Positions 24,683-31,244 of a stretch of DNA of 31,244 nt are shown one piece after another. The DNA comes from an uncultured Steroidobacteraceae bacterium (GTDB lineage Bacteria > Chloroflexota > Limnocylindria > QHBO01): the NCBI GenBank assembly GCA_964552085.1, contig CAZKFP010000025.1, forward strand, positions 1-31,244, given 5' to 3'. The translations under genes were made by a program, and so were the position numbers. Position 1 is the stretch's first letter. Every line of letters starts with the position of its first letter. A model generated the notes under the pieces. That model was not told the DNA's origin. It ran no database searches and saw only the letters and a program-made list of their open reading frames with translations.

Positions 24683-25819
24683 ATGGCACCGACCCGTCGA
24701 CGACCCGGCACCGCTCCGACGCTGACCGTCGACGTGTCGCCAGCCTACGAGCTGCTGCAGAGCGTCGTCGTCGTGACCGGTACTGACGAGGCCGATACGT
24801 ACGAAATCGGGCCGGACTGGATCGCCGATGCCCGCGCCCGCGCTGGCGAGGAGCTGCTTGGCCGCGCGGATGCCGTCGCCCACGGGGACGCGGACTCCTT
24901 CCTCAACCTCGCCGGGCTCGTCTACGACTCGCCCGCGCCGCGCGACGTCGACGCTTTTCTCGACCACCTGCGCGCGACCGACCCCGACGAGCTGCGCCTC
25001 CACCTCGTGGGGTTCTACGCGCGCGACACGCGCCGCATGACGCCGACGGCGGTCATTCGGGCCGCGATCGCCGGCGATCCCGAGGCGAAGCGCGAGTTCC
25101 TGCGCACATCGCACCCCGAGTGGGAGCCGTGGACCGACTACCTGGGCCGCATCCTCGACACGGACGGCGAGGCACTGAAGGCCGATCTCATCGCGCTCCT
25201 CGCCGAGTGGTCGGAGCGCGTCTGGAAGCCCGAGTCGCTCACGATCATGCCGATCCTCGAGCGTGACGCCGAGACGAAGCGAGAGCTGCAGCGCGAGCTG
25301 CCGATCGACCAGTTCGTGACGACCGCCACGAACGGCGTCGAGTTCGCGCCGCGGCCCGGCATCGACCGGGTCGTGCTCGTGCCGAGCTTCGTGAACCGCC
25401 CGCTCGTGACGTACAACGAGTTCGGCGAGGTGCTCATCATCATCTACCCCGTCGCCGACGAGAGCGTCTCGGCGGAGACCGACACCCCGCCGCTGCGGCT
25501 CGTCCGCCTGTCGAAGGCGCTCGGCGACGAGAAGCGGCTCCGCATCCTCCGCACCCTCTCCGAGGGCGAGAAGGGCCTCATGGAGCTGGCCGACATGTTC
25601 GGCGTGCCGAAGACGACGATGCATCACCACATGATCGTCCTGCGCTCGGCCGGGCTCGTCTCGGTCGGAGTCGGATCGAAGTGCTACCGACTCCGGCACG
25701 AGACCGTGCCCGACGTCGGGGCATTGCTCAGCGGGTACCTCGGCGCCGCGACCGGTCCGTCCGCGGCGTCGGGGCCACCCGCCCGTTCCCGGAAGCGCCG
25801 GACCGGCACGACCGGCTAG
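24683..25819 (+). CDS. Transcriptional regulator with a large N-terminal domain and C-terminal ArsR/SmtB-type winged HTH
   Basis: C-terminal KALGDEKRLRILRTL...L.ELAD.FG.PKTTMHHHM.VLRSAGLV...YRLR; N-terminal ~290 aa includes VVLVPSFVNRP. GAGG SD upstream. Confidence 0.85.
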   Translation: MAPTRRRPGTAPTLTVDVSPAYELLQSVVVVTGTDEADTYEIGPDWIADARARAGEELLGRADAVAHGDADSFLNLAGLVYDSPAPRDVDAFLDHLRATDPDELRLHLVGFYARDTRRMTPTAVIRAAIAGDPEAKREFLRTSHPEWEPWTDYLGRILDTDGEALKADLIALLAEWSERVWKPESLTIMPILERDAETKRELQRELPIDQFVTTATNGVEFAPRPGIDRVVLVPSFVNRPLVTYNEFGEVLIIIYPVADESVSAETDTPPLRLVRLSKALGDEKRLRILRTLSEGEKGLMELADMFGVPKTTMHHHMIVLRSAGLVSVGVGSKCYRLRHETVPDVGALLSGYLGAATGPSAASGPPARSRKRRTGTTG

Positions 25820-25822
25820 GCG

Positions 25823-26581
<759 letters not shown>

Positions 26582-26657
26582 GGATCCTCCTGCCCCGCGC
26601 GTCGTGCGGGGCGCTTCGTGCTCGATTCGGGATGCGATGGTACCAAAGCCCGCGCGC

Positions 26658-27644
26658 TCAGCCGGTGCGCAGCCAATCCCCGGCCCGCGACAGGACCACT
26701 CGGTCCACGCTCCACCGGCCGCCACCGAGGACGACGAGCACCGACGAGAGCCCGAGGAGCCCGACATGGGCGATGACCGGGTCGTCGGGGAGCGCGAAGA
26801 GCGCCAGGGTCAGCACCGCGAAGCCGATGGCCGCGCTGAAGCGGGTCAGGACGCCCAGGATGATGGCGATTCCGAGCACCGTCTCGGCCAGGAAGGCGCC
26901 GACGACCCACAGCTCCGGAGCGACCGGCACGACCCCGGTCAGCCCGTACCGCTCGACGGCGGCGAGGGCCCGATCGTGGATGAGCAGCTTGTCGACGATT
27001 CCCGACGCGACGAACGCCCCGCCCAGGCCCAGCCGGACGAGCAGCGGCACGAGGTCGTCGTAGCGGTCGCGCGCCAGGTTCTCGGTGGCCGCCCGCGCCC
27101 CGGGGCCACGCGGGAACGCGGCGCGCAGGAGGTCGTCGGCCGATGGTCGTCCCGGGCCGAGGACCGCCGCCACAGCCAGCCCGCCGGCGACCTCGAGCAT
27201 CATCACGAGCTTCGGGTTCAACGCGAGGGCGACGAGGTAGACGCCGAGCGCGAGGAGCGCGGCGGGGCGCACCGCCAGCCCGAGGAGCAGGAGGAACCCG
27301 GTGCCGGTGAGCGCGAGCGCGACGAGGCCATCCGCTTCCAGCGTCGGCATGAAGAGCACCCGCGACAGGCCGGCGCCGATGAGGACCAGACCGACCGAGA
27401 GCCGGATCATCCAGGGCACGTACTCGTGGTACGTGTCGGTCGCCTCGACGAACCGCCGGCGCGCCGCCTCGAGCGGGCGCCAGCGTGCCCAGGCTAGCAG
27501 CACGACGAGGACGACCGCCACGCCCGCCAGGAGCAGGAGGAGCGCACCAGGCTGCGCGAGCGCGTCGAGGAGGAACCCGATCGGATCAGCAGACCCCTCG
27601 GGGTCGGTCACGTAGTCGGCGTGGGCGCTGATCGGCGGAGGCAT
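26658..27644 (-). CDS. DoxX-family polytopic membrane protein with two DoxX-like halves
   Basis: PWMIRLSVGL and PLLVRLGLG repeats, GRPSADD and GGGRWSVD. ATG 27644 follows an extended -10 (TGcTACGGT). Confidence 0.75.
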   Translation of the reverse strand: MPPPISAHADYVTDPEGSADPIGFLLDALAQPGALLLLLAGVAVVLVVLLAWARWRPLEAARRRFVEATDTYHEYVPWMIRLSVGLVLIGAGLSRVLFMPTLEADGLVALALTGTGFLLLLGLAVRPAALLALGVYLVALALNPKLVMMLEVAGGLAVAAVLGPGRPSADDLLRAAFPRGPGARAATENLARDRYDDLVPLLVRLGLGGAFVASGIVDKLLIHDRALAAVERYGLTGVVPVAPELWVVGAFLAETVLGIAIILGVLTRFSAAIGFAVLTLALFALPDDPVIAHVGLLGLSSVLVVLGGGRWSVDRVVLSRAGDWLRTG

Positions 27645-27664
27645 CGGTCCCAACCGTAGCAAGC

Positions 27665-27686
27665 GGCGCTCCTATAATGGCGCTCC
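27665..27686 (+). promoter_or_regulatory. Consensus -10 (TATAAT) flanked by an 8-bp direct repeat; promoter of the EF-G paralog
   Basis: GGCGCTCC-TATAAT-GGCGCTCC; AGGAG SD before ATG 27763. Confidence 0.55.
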
Positions 27687-27762
27687 ATTTCCGGCTTGCG
27701 ACCCGCCCGAGGCGGTCCCCATCGGCCTCGGTACCTTTCGCCCGCACGCGCTAGGAGCACCG

Positions 27763-29841
27763 ATGAAGCCCACGACCCCCGATCGGATCCGGAACGTCGC
27801 CCTCATCTCCCACGGCGGCGCCGGCAAGACGAGCCTCGCGGAGGCCATGCTCTTCGACGCCGGCGCCATCTCACGCCTCGGAACGGTGGAGGCCGGCACG
27901 ACGACGCTCGACTGGGATCCCGACGAGCAGAAGCGCGGCCAGAGCATCAACCTCGGGATCGGCACGATCGAGCACGAGGGCGTGCGCATCACGATCGTCG
28001 ACACGCCCGGCTACGCCGACTTCCAGGCCGATGTCGTCGAGGCGCTCGCCGCCGTCGACGCCGCGATCGTGGTCATCGACGCCTCGGCCGGGGTCGAGGT
28101 CGGCACCGAGGAGGTCTGGCGGCTCGCCGACGCGCGTGCGCTGCCGCGGATGATCTTCATCAACAAGATGGATCGCGAGAACGCGAACTACGACGCCACC
28201 CTCGACGCGCTGAAGGCGCGCTTCGGCCCGAAGATCGCCCCGGTCTACCTGCCGATCGGCACCGCTGAGTCGTTCCGCGGCTACGTCGACGTCATCGAGG
28301 AGCACGCCAACGTCTACGAGAACGGCGTGCCGAAGGAGGTCCCGATCCCCCCGGAGCTCGAGGGCATCGAGCACTCGCGACGCGACGCGCTCGTCGAGGC
28401 GGCGGCCGAGGCGAGCGACGAGCTGATGGAGAAGTACCTCGAGGGCGAGCCGCTCACCGACGCCGAGATCGAAGCGGCGCTGCACAAGGGCACGCGGGAG
28501 GGCAGCGTCGTGCCGGTGTTCGTCGGCTCCGCGACGCAGAACATCGGCGTGCGCGAGCTCATCAGCATGATCGTTCGCCACGTGCCATCGCCGGCCGAGG
28601 TCGGGACGCGCACGACCGCGAACGGAAAGACGCTCAACCCCGATCCCGCCGGCCCGTTCGTCGCCCAGGTCTTCAAGGCCGCGGCCGACCCATTCGTCGG
28701 TCGCCTCACGTACTTCCGCGTCATCTCCGGCACGCTGAGCGGCCAGGGCCACGTCTACAACGTCAACCGCCGCGAGGAGGAGCGCGTCGGCAACCTGCTC
28801 GCGGTCCAGGGCAAGGAGACCGAGACCCTCGCGAAGGTTGGTCCCGGCGACATCGCGGCCGTCGCGAAGCTCACCTCCACCTCGGCCGGTGACACGCTCG
28901 TCGGCGATCGGGCCCAGGCGGTCGAGCTGCCGCCGCTCGACTTTCCGGCGCCGTCACTGCAGGTGGCGATCGAGCCCGAGTCGAAGGCCGATCTCGACAA
29001 GCTGGGCCAGGCGCTGCACCGGCTCGCCGAGGAGGAGCCGGCGGTCCTGATCCGTCGCGAGGACGGGACCGGCGAAACGATCCTGACCGCCATGGGCGAC
29101 GCCCACGTCGACGTCATCGTGGAGCGGCTCAAGCGCAAGTTCGGCGCATCGGTCCGGACCGCCACCCCGCGGGTTCCGTACCGCGAGACGATCCGCCAGG
29201 CGGCACGCGTCGACAACAAGTACAAGCGCCAGACCGGCGGGCACGGCCAGTACGGGCACGTCGTCATCGAGTTCGTGCCTGGCGAGATGGGAACCGGCTT
29301 CCAGTTCGGCGACAAGATTGTCGGCGGCGTCGTGCCGAAGCAGTACATCCCGGCCGTCGAGAAGGGCCTGCGCGAGGCGATGAGCGAGGGCGTCCTCGCC
29401 GGCTACCCGGTCGTCGACCTGCAGGCGACGCTCGTCGACGGCTCGTACCACACCGTCGACTCCAGCGAGATGGCGTTCAAGGTCGCCGCCAGCCAGGCGC
29501 TGAAGAAGGCATTCGACGCCGCCTCCCCGGCACTGCTCGAGCCGATCCTCGAGGTCGACATCGTCGTGCCGGACGAGTACATGGGCGACGTCATGGGCCA
29601 GATCACGTCGAAGCGCGGGCACGTGCTCGGCATGGACTCGGCCGACGGGCTGCAGCACCTCAAGGCGCAGGTCCCGCAGGCCGAGATGTTCCACTACGCC
29701 ACCGAGCTGCGGTCGATCACCCAGGGACGCGGCAGGTTCAGCTGGAAGGTCGACCACTACGCCGAGGTGCCGCACAACATCGCCGAGAAGGTCGTGGCCG
29801 AGTCGTCCTCGAACGGGCACGGACCGGAGCGCGGCCACTGA
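27763..29841 (+). CDS. fusA: Elongation factor G paralog (EF-G2-like)
   Basis: Five-domain EF-G length with HGGAGKTS, EQKRGQSI, DTPGYADF, NKMD, YKRQTGGHGQYG and HTVDSSEMAF. The G1, switch I and G3 variants differ from canonical EF-G. Confidence 0.92.
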   Translation: MKPTTPDRIRNVALISHGGAGKTSLAEAMLFDAGAISRLGTVEAGTTTLDWDPDEQKRGQSINLGIGTIEHEGVRITIVDTPGYADFQADVVEALAAVDAAIVVIDASAGVEVGTEEVWRLADARALPRMIFINKMDRENANYDATLDALKARFGPKIAPVYLPIGTAESFRGYVDVIEEHANVYENGVPKEVPIPPELEGIEHSRRDALVEAAAEASDELMEKYLEGEPLTDAEIEAALHKGTREGSVVPVFVGSATQNIGVRELISMIVRHVPSPAEVGTRTTANGKTLNPDPAGPFVAQVFKAAADPFVGRLTYFRVISGTLSGQGHVYNVNRREEERVGNLLAVQGKETETLAKVGPGDIAAVAKLTSTSAGDTLVGDRAQAVELPPLDFPAPSLQVAIEPESKADLDKLGQALHRLAEEEPAVLIRREDGTGETILTAMGDAHVDVIVERLKRKFGASVRTATPRVPYRETIRQAARVDNKYKRQTGGHGQYGHVVIEFVPGEMGTGFQFGDKIVGGVVPKQYIPAVEKGLREAMSEGVLAGYPVVDLQATLVDGSYHTVDSSEMAFKVAASQALKKAFDAASPALLEPILEVDIVVPDEYMGDVMGQITSKRGHVLGMDSADGLQHLKAQVPQAEMFHYATELRSITQGRGRFSWKVDHYAEVPHNIAEKVVAESSSNGHGPERGH

Positions 29842-30713
29842 CGCCCTACGAGGCGCTCCGGCGCATCACCACCTGGGCGGTGGGCGAGCCCTCGGTCCGC
29901 GCACTCATCCTGCTCGGCTCACGCGCCCGCAGCGAGGATCCGGCGGACGAGTGGTCGGACACCGACCTGCTCGTCTTCAGCACCGATGCGGATCGCTGGC
30001 TGCGCGACGGATCGTGGCTCGACGACCTCGGGCCCGTCATCCTCACGTTCCTGGAGGCGACGGCGCTCGCGGGTCTGTTCGAACGCCGCGTCCTGTTCGA
30101 GGGCGCCGTCGACGTCGACATGGTCATGATCCCGATCGACGCGATCGAGGGGATCATCTCCTCGAAGGGCGCGCTTCCCGTCCTGGCGCGCGGGTACCGG
30201 CTGCTCGTCGACAAGGATGGCCGCTTCACGAGCCTCGCCGACCGCGTCGCCGCCGCGGACCCGGGGGCCATCGATGACGCCGCGCCGTGGCCACCCGATC
30301 CGGTCGCCGTCGCCAACGCGATGAACGACTACCTCTACCACTGCGCCTGGATCACGAAGAAGCTGCGCCGTGGCGAGCTCGCCGTGGCGGTCGGCTGCCA
30401 GAACCTGCACCAGGCGCGGACGATGCGTCGGTTCGTCGAGTGGCAGGCCAAGGCCCGGACGGGCGGCGCCACGAACACGTACTACGACGGCCGGCACCTC
30501 GAGCGGTGGGCCGTGCCGGAGACGGTCGCCGAGCTCGACGCGACGCAGTCGCGGTACTCGCCATCCGACGTGCGACGCTCAGTGCTCGAGAGCGCGGACC
30601 TGTTCCGGACGATCGCGACCGAGGTCGGCCGGGCGTGTGACGTGGACTACCCGGACGCAGCGCACGAGCGCGTGATGTCCTGGGTGCGCGAGCACCTCGG
30701 CGACGAAGCCTGA
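29838..30713 (+). CDS. Aminoglycoside 6-adenylyltransferase-like (AadK family) nucleotidyltransferase; CTG start proposed, first standard start GTG 29880
   Basis: LLGSRAR...DEWSDTD (Pol-beta-type GS/DxD), RRVLF....DVD, LLVDKDG, KKLRRGEL and GRHLERW. The frame is open upstream as TPYEALRRITTWA. Confidence 0.8.
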   Translation: MTPYEALRRITTWAVGEPSVRALILLGSRARSEDPADEWSDTDLLVFSTDADRWLRDGSWLDDLGPVILTFLEATALAGLFERRVLFEGAVDVDMVMIPIDAIEGIISSKGALPVLARGYRLLVDKDGRFTSLADRVAAADPGAIDDAAPWPPDPVAVANAMNDYLYHCAWITKKLRRGELAVAVGCQNLHQARTMRRFVEWQAKARTGGATNTYYDGRHLERWAVPETVAELDATQSRYSPSDVRRSVLESADLFRTIATEVGRACDVDYPDAAHERVMSWVREHLGDEA

Positions 30714-30726
30714 GCGCGGCTGGCCG

Positions 30727-30972
30727 CTACGCCCGGTACGCCCAGGGCTCGCCGGCGGCACGCATGCGCGCCATCGTGCGGCGGTAGACGATCCGCTCGG
30801 CGAGAAATGTCGCCACCGCGACGACGGCCGCGACGGTGGGAACGAGCCACGGGGCAATCGACCACGGCTCGCTCGAGCCCGTCACGACCGTCGCGATCCA
30901 GAGGAGCAGGGCCGTCAGGCCGGCGGCGCTGAGGGCGGAGGCGATGGCCCCGGTCGCGAACGCGAGCGTCAT
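30727..30972 (-). CDS. 81-aa two-TM membrane protein coupled to tyrS
   Basis: ATGA overlap with the tyrS stop; two hydrophobic segments and a basic C-terminus. Confidence 0.6.
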   Translation of the reverse strand: MTLAFATGAIASALSAAGLTALLLWIATVVTGSSEPWSIAPWLVPTVAAVVAVATFLAERIVYRRTMARMRAAGEPWAYRA

Positions 30973-31244
30973 CCGCCGTCGACCTCGGCCACCGCGAGGT
31001 TCCGCTTTCCACGCCGGAGCAGGAGCCAGCGCCCCGCGAGCAGCTCGTCGCGGCTCGCCACGGCCGCCGGGTCGCTGACACGGACGTTGTTCACGTATGC
31101 CCCGCCCTCGTTCAGCGTCCGCCGCGCCTGGCCGCGGCTCTCGGACAGGCCGCACGAGACGAACAGATCGAGGACCGATGGCATGCCGTCGCCGGCCGCG
31201 ATGCTGGCGCGCGGCAGGTCGGCAAAGGCGGCCTCGAGCGTCGC
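30969..31244 (-). CDS. tyrS: Tyrosyl-tRNA synthetase, C-terminal S4 domain (5' part outside the window)
   Basis: ATLEAAFADLP...VLDLFVSCGLSESRGQARRTLNEGGAYVNN.RV......LLAGRWLLLRRGKRN. Confidence 0.88.
   Translation of the reverse strand, partial: ATLEAAFADLPRASIAAGDGMPSVLDLFVSCGLSESRGQARRTLNEGGAYVNNVRVSDPAAVASRDELLAGRWLLLRRGKRNLAVAEVDGG

Noticed and set aside
26592-26612. 7-bp hairpin just upstream of the yebC SD
   Set aside because: It does not cover the SD and no alternative structure is evident; probably an ordinary stabilising stem.

Overview
A GC-rich bacterial chromosomal window with about 36 supportable CDSs and no rRNA, tRNA, CRISPR array or mobile element visible. Gene content and promoter style suggest Chloroflexota or a similar actinobacteria-like lineage (inference only). 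The dominant theme is a dispersed purine-catabolism route: a xanthine-dehydrogenase-family Mo/2Fe-2S/FAD operon, uraH-uraD-uricase, a divergent DUF3830 plus hydantoinase-type amidohydrolase pair, and malate synthase. Signalling genes (GGDEF-EAL, class III cyclase-STAND-TPR, DUF4242, cNMP-binding protein), envelope genes (M1 and C39-like peptidases, murJ, META lipoprotein) and housekeeping genes (ruvC, ruvA, yebC, an EF-G paralog, tyrS) are interleaved. The most unusual observations are: (1) UraD fused to an unexplained ~155-aa helical domain; (2) a 42-aa membrane micro-protein coupled inside the XDH operon; (3) a small-ORF plus ArsR-type module with a tandem palindromic operator sitting between yebC and ruvC; (4) a leaderless 6-codon uORF coupled to murJ; (5) no canonical allantoinase, with a hydantoinase/DUF3830 pair where one would be expected; (6) a cyclase with non-canonical base-specifying residues; (7) a probable CTG start overlapping the EF-G stop; (8) many leaderless promoters. 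All family assignments come from motif recognition by eye; no database search was run.
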